Below, piece after piece: positions 1-9,828 of a stretch of DNA of 64,000 nucleotides (the first letter of the stretch is position 1; each line of letters opens with the position of its first letter). The position numbers and the translations under genes are program-made. The DNA comes from an uncultured bacterium (GTDB lineage Bacteria > Patescibacteriota > Minisyncoccia > Phycocordibacterales > CAWITU01), in contig CAWITU010000005.1 of assembly GCA_963839205.1 (NCBI GenBank), forward strand, positions 2,121 through 66,120, written 5' to 3'. The notes under the pieces are model-generated. The model was given only the letters and a program-made list of their open reading frames with translations, was not told the origin of the DNA and ran no database searches.

Positions 1-346
1 GTCGTTCTTTAGCTCTTGGATCTCGTTTAAGATATCCAGCTTTCTTTAAATTAGATTTTAGTTCAAGACTGTGAATTACAAGGGCGCGTGATAGTGCATG
101 TCTCAGTGCATCTGCTTGTGAACTAATACCACCTCCTTTAATCAAGGCAGTAACTTTAAATTTGTCAGCTGTCTTAGAAACTGCAAAAGCTGTAAGAGCC
201 TTTTCCGCAAGTTCTTTCACTGGGAAATAAGCGGCAAGCTCTTTGTCGTTAATTAAGAAAGACTGTTTAGCAGCAGGGGTAATTCTAACTCTTGCAACTG
301 AAGTTTTTCTTCTACCAACTGTTTCGATGTATCGTTCGTTATTCAT
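1..346 (-). CDS. rpsI: 30S ribosomal protein S9 (C-terminus cut by window edge)
   Basis: The reverse ORF is open to position 1, with ATG at 344-346. The translation MNNERYIETVGRRKTSVARVRI...GGGISSQADALRHALSRAL...RDPRAKER is S9-like and follows rplM as usual. Confidence 0.9.
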   Translation of the reverse strand, partial: MNNERYIETVGRRKTSVARVRITPAAKQSFLINDKELAAYFPVKELAEKALTAFAVSKTADKFKVTALIKGGGISSQADALRHALSRALVIHSLELKSNLKKAGYLKRDPRAKER

Positions 347-347
347 A

Positions 348-701
348 TTATTCTGTGACTTTTAAATTAAGAATCATTTTTGATCGTAGTTTATTCTTTG
401 GAAGCATTCCAAAAACTGTCTTTTTGAAAATCTCTTTAAATCCTTTCTTTTCAATCATACGATTAACGCTAGTTTCTTTAAGACCTCCTGGGTATCCAGA
501 ATAGCTCTTATATCTCTTGATTGCAGCTTTCTTTGAACTGATTGAAACTTGGCCTGCGTTAACGATTGTAACAGAAACTGGAGCAACTTTATTTCTTTCA
601 AAATCAGGCTTATTTTTACCCATAAGAAGTACGGCAGCCTTTGTTGCTACTCGTCCGAGTGCGATTCCCTTTGCATCAATTGTGTAAGTTTCTTTTTGCA
701 T
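348..701 (-). CDS. rplM: 50S ribosomal protein L13
   Basis: The translation MQKETYTIDAKGIALGRVATKAAVLLMGKNKPDF...YSGYPGG is L13-like. I chose the ATG at 699-701, 4 nt after the rplQ stop, over the overlapping upstream ATG at 719. Confidence 0.9.
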   Translation of the reverse strand: MQKETYTIDAKGIALGRVATKAAVLLMGKNKPDFERNKVAPVSVTIVNAGQVSISSKKAAIKRYKSYSGYPGGLKETSVNRMIEKKGFKEIFKKTVFGMLPKNKLRSKMILNLKVTE

Positions 702-705
702 GATA

Positions 706-1056
706 TTAAACGAATTCAATTACGGCCATTTTGGTATTATCCGACTTTCTTGAGCCTGTTTTAATAATTCTGGTGTATCCACCTGTTCGGTCTTTGTATT
801 TTGGTGAAAGTTTCAAGATAATTTTATTAGCTGTAGGAGTCTTTCCGAATTCAGCAAAAAGAAATCTTTTAGCACCAATTGTATCTGACTTTCCTCGAGT
901 AATAATTCTTTCCATGTATGGACGAAGTTCTTTGGCCTTCATTTCAGTTGTCTTAATTTTCTCATGAATGACAAGGGAACGCGCAAGAGAATTAAGGAGA
1001 GCTTTTCTCCCTTTTGCCACACGGCCGAATTTTCTGTTGGCGTTATGATGTCTCAT
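706..1056 (-). CDS. rplQ: 50S ribosomal protein L17
   Basis: The translation MRHHNANRKFGRVAKGRKALLNSLARSLVIHEKIKTT is the L17 signature. Its start shares a TAATG junction with the rpoA stop. Confidence 0.93.
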   Translation of the reverse strand: MRHHNANRKFGRVAKGRKALLNSLARSLVIHEKIKTTEMKAKELRPYMERIITRGKSDTIGAKRFLFAEFGKTPTANKIILKLSPKYKDRTGGYTRIIKTGSRKSDNTKMAVIEFV

Positions 1057-2027
1057 TATTTAAGAGTTATGTTGTATGTAGATAAAAGCTTCTTAATTTC
1101 ATCAATACCCTTAGCACCTAGACCATCTATCTCGTACATATCTTCCTCTTTCTTTCGAGCAAGACCGCCAACTGTTCTAATGTTAGCTCCAACGAGTGCA
1201 TTGATAGTTCTCTGTGATAATTGCAATGATTCGGTTCTGGTTTTTAGAAAATCTTCTACTTCTTCCTTTCCTTGAGCACTTGTTTCAGACTTTTCAGTCT
1301 TCTCTTCCGAAGAAAGAACTGGAAGAACTTCCTCTTCTTTGAATCCAATGACAGCCTTGAGCTGTGAGATCATAATTTCAATTGATTTTTCAAGAGCTTC
1401 TCTTGGTGTAAGGCTTCCGTCTGTTTCAATTGCGATTCGGAGTTTATTAAAATCGGTTCTGTTTCCAACACGAGTATTTTCAACTTCGTAGCTAACTCTT
1501 TTTACTGGTGTAAAGATTGCATCAAGGGTAATGCTACCAATTTCAACTTTTTCTTTCTGAATAATTTCTTTTGGAACGTAACCAAGTCCTTTTTCAACCG
1601 TCATCTCTATATCGAGGTCGGTACTTTTATCAGTAACATGAGCAATGAGTTGATCTGGATTTACAATTGATACTTGGCCAGAAACTGTGATATCAGAAGC
1701 CAAAACTTCTTTAACACCTTTTACCTTAAGAGAAATTATCTGAGTTTCATCCGTTGTCATCAAAATTCTAACTTTCTTAAGATTTAGGATAATAGAAACG
1801 ACGTCTTCTTTGACGCCTTGTATTGTCGAAAATTCGTGGCTGACACCTTTGATTTTAATGGAGGTAATAGCAGCACCTGGAAGAGATGAAAGAATCACCC
1901 GTCTGAGTGAGTTACCTAATGTATGACCGTATCCTGGATAAAGTCCATCTATTTCATAGATGCCGAAAAAGCCTTCTTCTTTAAGGGCTTTTGGCTTAGA
2001 TGGGAGAATGATGTTAGTGTCAGACAT
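1056..2027 (-). CDS. rpoA: DNA-directed RNA polymerase alpha subunit
   Basis: This 323-aa ORF contains GYGHTLGNSLRRVILSSLPGAA and a C-terminal HhH-type CTD (LQLSQRTINALVGANIRTVGGL). It sits in the conserved rpsD-rpoA-rplQ order. Confidence 0.95.
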   Translation of the reverse strand: MSDTNIILPSKPKALKEEGFFGIYEIDGLYPGYGHTLGNSLRRVILSSLPGAAITSIKIKGVSHEFSTIQGVKEDVVSIILNLKKVRILMTTDETQIISLKVKGVKEVLASDITVSGQVSIVNPDQLIAHVTDKSTDLDIEMTVEKGLGYVPKEIIQKEKVEIGSITLDAIFTPVKRVSYEVENTRVGNRTDFNKLRIAIETDGSLTPREALEKSIEIMISQLKAVIGFKEEEVLPVLSSEEKTEKSETSAQGKEEVEDFLKTRTESLQLSQRTINALVGANIRTVGGLARKKEEDMYEIDGLGAKGIDEIKKLLSTYNITLK

Positions 2028-2123
2028 TTCTTTTTATATAAATTTATTGATAATATTTTTGTAAAATTTTAACGAAACGAAAAACTTGTGCATTTTAACC
2101 TACTTTCATTAAAAGCACAAGGG

Positions 2124-2732
2124 TTATCTTCTATAATATTCGAATACCGAACCTAAATCGAAAAGCAGACTTTCACCTTCTACCTTTGGTTCACCATTTA
2201 TAATCCAGGTTTGGTCTTTCTCGTTTCTAACAATCCAAGCTGGGGTCTCTACACCCTTAAGCTTTTCATCAAGGGTTGCAAATGGAACTTTAGCCAAACT
2301 ACCACCTCTAATTGTTAAAATGTCTCCTTTTGACACACTATATGAAGGGACAGTAACCTTAACTCCGTTAACCAAAATATGGCCGTGGGAAACCATCTGT
2401 CGTCCAAAACGTCGGGTTGATGCAAGTCCTGTTCTATATGCCACGTTATCTAATCTGCTTTCCAATGTTTTATACAAAGCATCAGATGCATTCAAAACTT
2501 TCTTATTGATGATATTTTTAACGTATTTAGAAAATTGTCTTTCAGTAACGCCATAAGTAAATCTAGCTTTCTGCTTTTCAATAAGTTGTCTTCCGAAATC
2601 AGTTTTAGAACCTGGTCGGCCACGAGAAATTCGAGCTTTCTTTTTTGAGGCAGCAAATTTCTGAGTTTGAGTTTTCTCAAAGATTGGTGCTCCTAAGCGT
2701 CTTGCGATTTTATATTTTGGGCCGATTTTCAT
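2124..2732 (-). CDS. rpsD: 30S ribosomal protein S4
   Basis: The translation MKIGPKYKIARRLG...RLDNVAYRTGLASTRRFGRQMVSHGHILVNG shows the S4 domain. Confidence 0.95.
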   Translation of the reverse strand: MKIGPKYKIARRLGAPIFEKTQTQKFAASKKKARISRGRPGSKTDFGRQLIEKQKARFTYGVTERQFSKYVKNIINKKVLNASDALYKTLESRLDNVAYRTGLASTRRFGRQMVSHGHILVNGVKVTVPSYSVSKGDILTIRGGSLAKVPFATLDEKLKGVETPAWIVRNEKDQTWIINGEPKVEGESLLFDLGSVFEYYRR

Positions 2733-2760
2733 AATAATTATTTAAATAAAATCCTCGCGA

Positions 2761-3192
2761 TTATACTCTGCGAGGTTTTTTAGGTTTAGGTCCATTAAAT
2801 GGTACAGGTGTGACATCCTTAATAGCGGTGACAGCAATACCTTTTGATGCAAAGCTTCTAATAGCTGATTCCCGACCGGATCCGACCCCTCTTACGACAA
2901 CATCAGCTTCTCTAACACCAATTGCTTGGGCCTTAGTTCCAATAAGTTCACCAACTTTAGCAGCGGCAAAAGGAGTTCCCTTTTTTGCGCCTTTAAAGCC
3001 TAGTGCACCGCTTGATGACCAAGCGAGAACATTTCCCTTTTTGTCAGCCAAGATAACTTTGGTGTTGTTGTATGTAGATTGAATGTATAAAGAACCAGCA
3101 TCAACTCTTTTTGAAGATACTGAAGCTGCTGGAGTTTTTTCAACCCCTTCGGCTTTGCTATTTTCTGTTTTAACAATTCTTTTCTTTCCCAT
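2761..3192 (-). CDS. rpsK: 30S ribosomal protein S11
   Basis: The translation contains YIQSTYNNTKVILADKKGNVLAWSSSGALGFKGAKKGTPFAA...DVTPVPFNGPKPKKPRRV. Confidence 0.95.
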   Translation of the reverse strand: MGKKRIVKTENSKAEGVEKTPAASVSSKRVDAGSLYIQSTYNNTKVILADKKGNVLAWSSSGALGFKGAKKGTPFAAAKVGELIGTKAQAIGVREADVVVRGVGSGRESAIRSFASKGIAVTAIKDVTPVPFNGPKPKKPRRV

Positions 3193-3201
3193 AAATATTG
3201 A

Positions 3202-3579
3202 TTATGTTTTTGATTCTTTCTTTCTACCGCTACCCATAGTCTTCTTAGGACCTTTGAGGGTTCTGGCATTGGTCTTTGTTCTCTGACCTCGTGCTGGTAG
3301 TCTCTTGGTGTGTCGTGATCCTCTGTATGACTTGATGTCCTTAAGACGTTTGATGTTACCGGAAACTTCACGCTTTAAATCTCCCTCAATTTTATATGAT
3401 TCAACGATTTTTCTGATTTCATTCTCTTCTTCCGGCTTTAAATCCTTAGCTCGCTTGCTGAAATCAACTGAGGCCTTCTTCAGGATCTCGTGAGCTCTTG
3501 GTCGTCCGACTCCAAAAAGAACGGTTAAACCGATCTCGAGTCTTTTTGTATCTGGAATGGTAATACCTGAAATTCTCAT
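3202..3579 (-). CDS. rpsM: 30S ribosomal protein S13
   Basis: The translation [33 protein letters not shown]...YRGSRHTKRLPARGQRTKTNART is S13-like. Confidence 0.95.
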   Translation of the reverse strand: MRISGITIPDTKRLEIGLTVLFGVGRPRAHEILKKASVDFSKRAKDLKPEEENEIRKIVESYKIEGDLKREVSGNIKRLKDIKSYRGSRHTKRLPARGQRTKTNARTLKGPKKTMGSGRKKESKT

Positions 3580-3695
3580 TATCCTTGTCTTTGTTTATGT
3601 CTAGCATCACCCTTGCAAACAACGTATACATAGCCCTTTCTTCGGACTATCTTACATTTGGCGCATATTTTTTTGACGGATGCTTTAACTTTCAT
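3579..3695 (-). CDS. rpmJ: 50S ribosomal protein L36
   Basis: This ORF is not in the track because it is under 60 aa. My own translation of the reverse strand is [38 protein letters not shown] (38 aa). It has a TAATG junction with rpsM. Confidence 0.9.
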   Translation of the reverse strand: MKVKASVKKICAKCKIVRRKGYVYVVCKGDARHKQRQG

Positions 3696-3753
3696 TGATA
3701 TATTAATAAAATGCAGTACTTGATGATACCCGCTTACTTTAAAAAAGTAAAGT

Positions 3754-3978
3754 CTAAAGCCTTTTTATAATTCTATTTGAATTACCCCCATATGGGTCAA
3801 GCTCAACTTCAACCTTGTCCCCGATCAAAACTCTGATACGGTTTAGCCTCATTTTGCCCGCCAAATGGCTCAAAATCTCTTTTTCTTCCACACCTTCTAA
3901 ACGCAATTTAAAAGTCGCATTTGGCAACGATTCAATAACAATAGCTGTTGCGACCTGTAATGTGTTGTTTTTAGTCAT
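3754..3978 (-). CDS. infA: Translation initiation factor IF-1
   Basis: The translation [63 protein letters not shown] shows an S1-like fold. I chose the ATG at 3976-3978. Confidence 0.92.
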   Translation of the reverse strand: MTKNNTLQVATAIVIESLPNATFKLRLEGVEEKEILSHLAGKMRLNRIRVLIGDKVEVELDPYGGNSNRIIKRL

Positions 3979-4020
3979 TATGCGAAGACAAAAGTATCCT
4001 ATCAATTAGCGCTACTTTAG

Positions 4021-5337
4021 TCAATTTTTGATATTTATTACTATCTTATTTACATCAGTTGGAATCGTGTCTAACCAAAACGGTCGGATAACAACGTCAG
4101 CCTGTTCAATTCCAGGATAAGAATTTGAAAGAACAACTGGTGCATCCTTCTTTGATTTACCACTTAAGTCCTTTTTAAGCTGATTCTGGTCAAACTGCCA
4201 AACAAAGCTACCATTTCCGGTTATCGTGAACGAAATTGGATCAGTAGTTGAGGCTGACAAATTTGAGATAATTGAACCTTGGGGTAAAAATTGGAGGCTA
4301 CTCAAATTTGTAACACTGATTGGCGTGCTTGAAGCGTAGTCAGTTAAAACATTTGATGCAATATCGGCACTCAAGTCATTCTCATTGAAAATGGCCGCTT
4401 CAAGCACGCCCTGTTCATTAATCGTCACTGAAAGTGGATTTGATGAACTTGCAGAAGAATCTGGTAGAGATTGGTAAACAATATTTGATGCGGATGGGAA
4501 AAATACAAAAGAACCAGGAGTTTGATTTTGCGCGGATGAGATAAGGTCACCTTTAAGATTTTGATCAAGTTGATTTCTTACAGCTGTACGTTCGCCCGAA
4601 GTTACAACTGGTATTTGTCCTGAGGCGCCGCCAGTTATTGAGCCATCCGAACGTCCATAAAATCCTGCATACTCCGCTGAATTGCTTTGAAACCCAGGAA
4701 TAGTGAAATCACTTGGAGCAATATTATATTGTGCTCCTGGCTGATCAGCATAAACAGTCACCTCAACACTTCCAGGAACCGCTTTGCCGGCTTTAGTGGT
4801 CATACCAGGTACAACTACACTCTTCTGAATGCGATAGATCAGACCATCAGGAGTTTCAAAGCGAGTATTAGTAATCAGAGTCTGTGATGCATCACTGTAA
4901 TTATTATAGATAATAATTTTACCTGATGCCTTTTGACTAACCACTGCGGTTGTCGTAGCAGTAATCGTCTGACTTTCAGTTTTAGTCACACTCAAGAGAT
5001 CATATCCCAAAGATCCATCAGATACTGGCTCTTTCTCGGCAGTTACCGAAATATTAATTGTCGCAGTAGCAGTTTTTGGAGTAACTGTAATAATTCCTTC
5101 AGCGAATACTGTTGATATTGAATATACAATGACTAGAACAATAACCACGAGTAGTCCTATTGCTGTATATTTTCCGTAGGCAGGAACAGGAGATTTTGGT
5201 CGAACAGGTGGCTCGTGAGGAGGCTCATTATGTAACTCATTCGAAAAAGTATGAGATTGGTGATTTTTTGAAATTGGAATATTTCGAATGCTTCTTTTTT
5301 CGGTTGAAGGTATTACATCCCTAAATGAATCTTTCAT
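4021..5337 (-). CDS. Hypothetical membrane-anchored protein with a large S/T/N-rich ectodomain
   Basis: This 438-aa ORF has one TM helix (AIGLLVVIVLVIVYSISTVF) after a roughly 55-aa basic/proline-rich N-terminus. I recognise no catalytic motif. Confidence 0.6.
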   Translation of the reverse strand: MKDSFRDVIPSTEKRSIRNIPISKNHQSHTFSNELHNEPPHEPPVRPKSPVPAYGKYTAIGLLVVIVLVIVYSISTVFAEGIITVTPKTATATINISVTAEKEPVSDGSLGYDLLSVTKTESQTITATTTAVVSQKASGKIIIYNNYSDASQTLITNTRFETPDGLIYRIQKSVVVPGMTTKAGKAVPGSVEVTVYADQPGAQYNIAPSDFTIPGFQSNSAEYAGFYGRSDGSITGGASGQIPVVTSGERTAVRNQLDQNLKGDLISSAQNQTPGSFVFFPSASNIVYQSLPDSSASSSNPLSVTINEQGVLEAAIFNENDLSADIASNVLTDYASSTPISVTNLSSLQFLPQGSIISNLSASTTDPISFTITGNGSFVWQFDQNQLKKDLSGKSKKDAPVVLSNSYPGIEQADVVIRPFWLDTIPTDVNKIVINIKN

Positions 5338-5353
5338 AAGTATTTATTTTACA

Positions 5354-6481
5354 CTAATTAACACTTTGTTCAAAAGAAGATATAAAAAGTGTGGAAAGAA
5401 TAATAAAGATTGAAGCTGGCACACTATTCTCCGCTAAAGATACTTGAGATTTAAGAGTATCAAACGTAACAACACCAAAAGATGATCCTGCCACAATTTG
5501 ATTGGCGTATGCATCACTGGTTATTAAATCCTTAGCTAATGATTCTGTACCAAGAGACGACATTACAAAAAATTTAGAAGGAATGGAATAACCACCTGAA
5601 AGTGTTGATATTGCTTCATGAAAAATTGGTTGCCAATCTCCTAACACTACATTTTTAGTACTATTGATTTTCTCAACACTCGCGCTTTCCATGTCATTTA
5701 GTAAAGAGGAAACGATCTGCTCAGAAATTTGTAAAGTATCTGCAATTTTTCTAGTAATTTTTCTTGCACCAATTGGCATCGAAACTGTGTTAAGTAAGTG
5801 GCTATTTTTAACTAGTGATAATTCAGAAAGCTCACTACCAATTTCCAAAATAAGAAAATCTGTATCTTTGAGAAGCGTTCTAAGTGCCCCAAATAGTATT
5901 ATTGGAGCTGAATGCCAAACTGCCTGTTTAAAATGAATATGCGAAACAATTGCGTCCTCAATTTCTTTTTTAAGTGAAGCCAAAATAATGCTTGTATAAA
6001 ATGAGACCTCTACAGCCATTGTCTTTTTACCAAAAGGAGATGAGGTTGTGTAGCCATTTAAAAGGACGTTAGTAATTTTTTTTTCTAGGACAATATTATC
6101 TTGACCAAGATTGTGTTCATCCTCGAAACGCTTAACTTCCGCTCTCATCATTTCGTTTAGTGTTTCCTCCTTAAAAAATTCAGGTCGTTTATATACTTGA
6201 TTTATAATTCGAGAGAAGGAGGTATACCAAGGGGCTCCAATAACAATCTGAGGAACCTCAAACAAAACTCCCTTCTCGAGAAATGCATCAGAACTAGTCA
6301 TCGCCTGGAGAACATTTTTTAAAGCTGAGACAGTTGCAATGCGAAGACGCTCTTCGGTAACAGACTCTGAAAAAGGTAAGTCTTCGCTGTAAGAAAAAAG
6401 AATTTTTGGTTTATCTTTTTTTGAGATAGAGACAAGGGCTCCGGAGACAGAACCGCTTTCAATAACAAATAGTGGTGTCAT
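5354..6481 (-). CDS. Hypothetical protein, possibly an actin-like ATPase (FtsA/PilM-like) fold
   Basis: This 375-aa ORF has the N-terminus LFVIESGSVSGALVSI and a later LILEIGSELSELSLV segment. Both resemble the phosphate-binding strands of ASKHA ATPases, so the call is tentative. Confidence 0.45.
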   Translation of the reverse strand: MTPLFVIESGSVSGALVSISKKDKPKILFSYSEDLPFSESVTEERLRIATVSALKNVLQAMTSSDAFLEKGVLFEVPQIVIGAPWYTSFSRIINQVYKRPEFFKEETLNEMMRAEVKRFEDEHNLGQDNIVLEKKITNVLLNGYTTSSPFGKKTMAVEVSFYTSIILASLKKEIEDAIVSHIHFKQAVWHSAPIILFGALRTLLKDTDFLILEIGSELSELSLVKNSHLLNTVSMPIGARKITRKIADTLQISEQIVSSLLNDMESASVEKINSTKNVVLGDWQPIFHEAISTLSGGYSIPSKFFVMSSLGTESLAKDLITSDAYANQIVAGSSFGVVTFDTLKSQVSLAENSVPASIFIILSTLFISSFEQSVN

Positions 6482-6515
6482 AAAGAAATTATATCATAAA
6501 AGAATGAACCGTTTC

Positions 6516-8283
6516 TTATTCAATTATTGCTTTAATTCGGCGGACCCCAGCGGAGACGGCCTCTTCTTTCACAATTTTAAAATGCCCGATCTCAGAAGTA
6601 TTTTTCACATGGGGTCCGCCGCAGAATTCCTGACTAAAAATTCCAGTCTTCTCATCCCCCACTGTATAAACTTTTACAATATCCCCATACTTTTCACCAA
6701 AAGCATGCACCGCTCCAGTATTTTCAGCTTCTTCAATTGGCAATTCCTTATATGAAACAGGCAGTGCTTCTTGTATTTTTTGATTCACCAAATCTTCCAC
6801 TTTTTTCTTTTCCTCATCAGTCATCTTGGCCGAGTGTGTAAAATCAAAACGCATTCTTTCTGATGTAATGTTGCTTCCCTTTTGTCCAACATGTTCACCT
6901 AATACTTGCTTAAGCGCAGCATTGAGTAAGTGAGTAGCGGTGTGATATCTAACGGACATCTCGCTAGTATCGGCAAGCCCCCCTTTGAATTTCTTTTCTG
7001 AACCAGTTCTAGAAAGTTCCTGATGCTTTTTGAATTCTTCATCAAAAACTTTTGTATCAACCTTAACTCCTTTTTCTTTAGCTAACTCAATCGTAAGGTC
7101 AATTGGAAAGCCATAGCTTGAAAATAATAGAAATGCTTCTTGACCCGTAATATCTTTCCCACTTATTTTCTCAAATTCTTTTACACCATGAGAGAGAGTC
7201 TTTCTAAATCTTTCTTCTTCATCGCTAATTTCTTTAATAATTGAAGCCGATTTAGTTTTGAATTTTGGATAGACTTCAAGATATTTATCTATGATTGTCT
7301 CGGCAAGAATAGAAATTGAGCCATATTTCATTTTTAAAATATCTGTATATCTAACAGCCCTGCGGATTAATCGACGCAGGACATAACCTTGGTCGGTATT
7401 TGAAGGTAAGACTCCATCACCAATAAGAAAAACTGCGGTTCGAATATGATCTGCAATAATTCTAATTGATTTCCCATCGGGCCTTATCGGAAAGTGTTTT
7501 TATCTTTTCTATAATTGGTTCAAAAATATCCGTCTCAAAAACACTTTTCTTTTTCTGAATAACAGCACACATTCTTTCAAAGCCTGCCCCCGTATCAACA
7601 TTTTTGTTTTTTAACTTTCCAACAACTTTTCCATCTTTCTTCTCAAACTCCATAAAGACATCATTCCAAATTTCAACAACCTTTTGTTCATCATCAGCTT
7701 TAATATATTCATCTAGAGTAAGATCTCCCAAACCTTCTTCGGTCACGTCATAAAACATTTCAGTATCAGCACCACATGGACCATTATCTCCAACGCTCCA
7801 CCAATTCTTACTTGCAGGTCTGTAATAAATTCTATTCTCAGGAATATATTTTTTCCAAATAGAAGCTGACTCATCATCACGAGGAGCATTTTCATCTCCT
7901 TCAAAAACTGAAACATATAATCTTTTTGGATCAAGACCAAAACCTTCATCTTTTGAGGTTAAAAGTTCATAACTCCATTTAATGGCATCTTCTTTAAAAT
8001 AATCACCAAGAGACCAGTTCCCCATCATTTCAAAAAAAGTTAAGTGGGTATTATCACCAACTTCGTCAATGTCATTTGTACGAACACATTTTTGAATATC
8101 AACAAGTCGATTACCAAGTGGATGTTTCTCACCCAATAGATATGGCACAAGAGGCTGCATTCCGGCAGTATTAAAAAGAACAGTTGGATCATTCTCCGGC
8201 ACTAGAGATGCCGAAGGAATTACGGCATGACCGCGCTTTTTGAAAAATTCTAGAAATCTACTCCTTATTTCGTTTGATGTCAT
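6516..8283 (-). pseudogene. alaS: Alanyl-tRNA synthetase, short form without a C-Ala domain, split by one frameshift
   Basis: - The N-terminal fragment is 7462-8283 (FNTAGMQPLVPYLLG).
- The C-terminal frame is open from about 7499 and reads SIRIIADHIRTAVFLIGDGVLPSNTDQGYVLRRLIRRA..HTATHLL..CGGPH.
- The frame change must lie within 7465-7499, which contains short ccc/ggg/aaaaa runs. Confidence 0.9.
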
Positions 8284-8300
8284 AGAGTAAATTACTATAA

Positions 8301-8681
8301 CTAATATCCGCTTAAATTCAAATCAGAGTTAAGACTGTTCTGAGTTGATTGAATAAAATCCTGAGTCCAGACAACCGCTAACCAAATCGTGACAAGCGTA
8401 GATAAGATAAGAAGTGTCCAGGCAATAATCCCAATATTTTTGGCTTTTGGATCCTCGGATTGATAGTAAGCAACCCCTTTCCATCGAGTCACAAAAAGAA
8501 AGCAGATTATTGGAAGAATTATACTAAAAGCATAAAGCTCAATTTGAGTTGCAATTGATGTAGAAAGTGGAGCTGGATGTAGATTGTGTCCACAATTTGG
8601 GCAAAAATAATACTCCGGCCGAACTGGCTGGTGACATGTCGGACAATTAAGAAAATTTAGGTTCGATGGATCCTCTATCAC
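8301..8681 (-). CDS. Zinc-ribbon membrane protein (hypothetical)
   Basis: The ORF has an N-terminal CPTCHQPV..FCPNCGHNL zinc ribbon followed by 2-3 TM helices, and a GTG start. Confidence 0.6.
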   Translation of the reverse strand: MIEDPSNLNFLNCPTCHQPVRPEYYFCPNCGHNLHPAPLSTSIATQIELYAFSIILPIICFLFVTRWKGVAYYQSEDPKAKNIGIIAWTLLILSTLVTIWLAVVWTQDFIQSTQNSLNSDLNLSGY

Positions 8682-8730
8682 CTACCCATTCTATCAAAAT
8701 GATTACATTTAGCTAATAGAATATATAAGA

Positions 8731-9240
8731 TTATTTTCCATCATAGGCTCTCTGTAAACCATCTATATCAATCTTAGTCATTTGAAGCATGGCCGCCATA
8801 ACTCTATTTGCTTTTTCCTCATTAGGATCACTCATTAGTTCGCTCAAAGCATCTGGAACAATTTGCCAAGTGACGCCGAACTTATCTCTATTGATCCAAC
8901 CGCACTGGCCTGTCTCGCCGCCTTCCCCTAATTTTTCCCAAAAATAATCAACTTCAGCTTGAGTTTTACAATCAACAAGAAATGAAATGGCTCCACTAAA
9001 TTTAAAATGTGGACCACCATTTAATGCAGTGAATTCTTGTCCTTCCAATTGGAAGTGAACTATCATTACTGACCCCTTTGGTTTACCTGATGCATTTTCG
9101 CTAGATTCGTAATAGCGATTAATTGTACTGACCGTTGATTCAATCTGCCGGCCAGGATTATTGTTAAAAATATCTACATAATAATTTACTGCTTCTTCTG
9201 CTTGTGAATCAAACCACAAAAATGGAGTAATTTTTTGCAT
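8731..9240 (-). CDS. VOC/glyoxalase-superfamily protein (PhnB / 3-demethylubiquinone-9 3-methyltransferase-domain type)
   Basis: MQKITPFLWFDSQAEEAVNYYVDIF...ALNGGPHFKFSGAISF...FGVTWQIVP is typical of this family. Confidence 0.75.
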   Translation of the reverse strand: MQKITPFLWFDSQAEEAVNYYVDIFNNNPGRQIESTVSTINRYYESSENASGKPKGSVMIVHFQLEGQEFTALNGGPHFKFSGAISFLVDCKTQAEVDYFWEKLGEGGETGQCGWINRDKFGVTWQIVPDALSELMSDPNEEKANRVMAAMLQMTKIDIDGLQRAYDGK

Positions 9241-9244
9241 ATAT

Positions 9245-9817
9245 TTATTTTTTCATTGGTTGATAACGTAATACGACTACACCGGTTCTAAATGATCTTG
9301 AATCAATCAGCTCAAATATGGCCCTTTCGGCTCCATCAAATAATTTGGCTCCTTCACCTAGTACGACTGGGTAGACCATAAGGTTTAACTGGTCTACCAA
9401 ATCATTCTGCAATAGCGTTTTAACTAACACCCCACTACCATAGACGAGAATATCTCTTCCAGGTTGTTTCTTTAGATGAGCAATTTCTTTAACTATATCT
9501 TTCTTAATTATTTTTGTGTTCTTCCACTCGGCATGTTTTAAGGTAGTTGAGACTACAAATTTGGGAATACTATTCATTCTGTCTCCAAATTCACCCGAAT
9601 CAGTCATAGTGGGCCACGCTGTGGCAAAAATATCATAAGTCACTCTGCCAAGTAATAGAGCGTCAGCAGAAAATAATTCGTCCCACTTAAACTTACTAAA
9701 TTCTTCATTCGTATAAGGCATTGTCCAACCAGCGTATCTAAACGAACCATCATTACCGGGGCTTTCAAAAACACCGTCGAGCGAGACAAATTCTGTGACT
9801 ATTATTTTTCCGTTCAT
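9245..9817 (-). CDS. Dihydrofolate-reductase-family protein (RibD C-terminal domain type)
   Basis: The pattern KIIVTEFVSLDGV...LLLGRVTYDIF...ILVYGSGVLVKTLLQNDLVDQLNLMVYPVVLGEG supports the call. Confidence 0.75.
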   Translation of the reverse strand: MNGKIIVTEFVSLDGVFESPGNDGSFRYAGWTMPYTNEEFSKFKWDELFSADALLLGRVTYDIFATAWPTMTDSGEFGDRMNSIPKFVVSTTLKHAEWKNTKIIKKDIVKEIAHLKKQPGRDILVYGSGVLVKTLLQNDLVDQLNLMVYPVVLGEGAKLFDGAERAIFELIDSRSFRTGVVVLRYQPMKK

Positions 9818-9828
9818 GTTATTTCATA

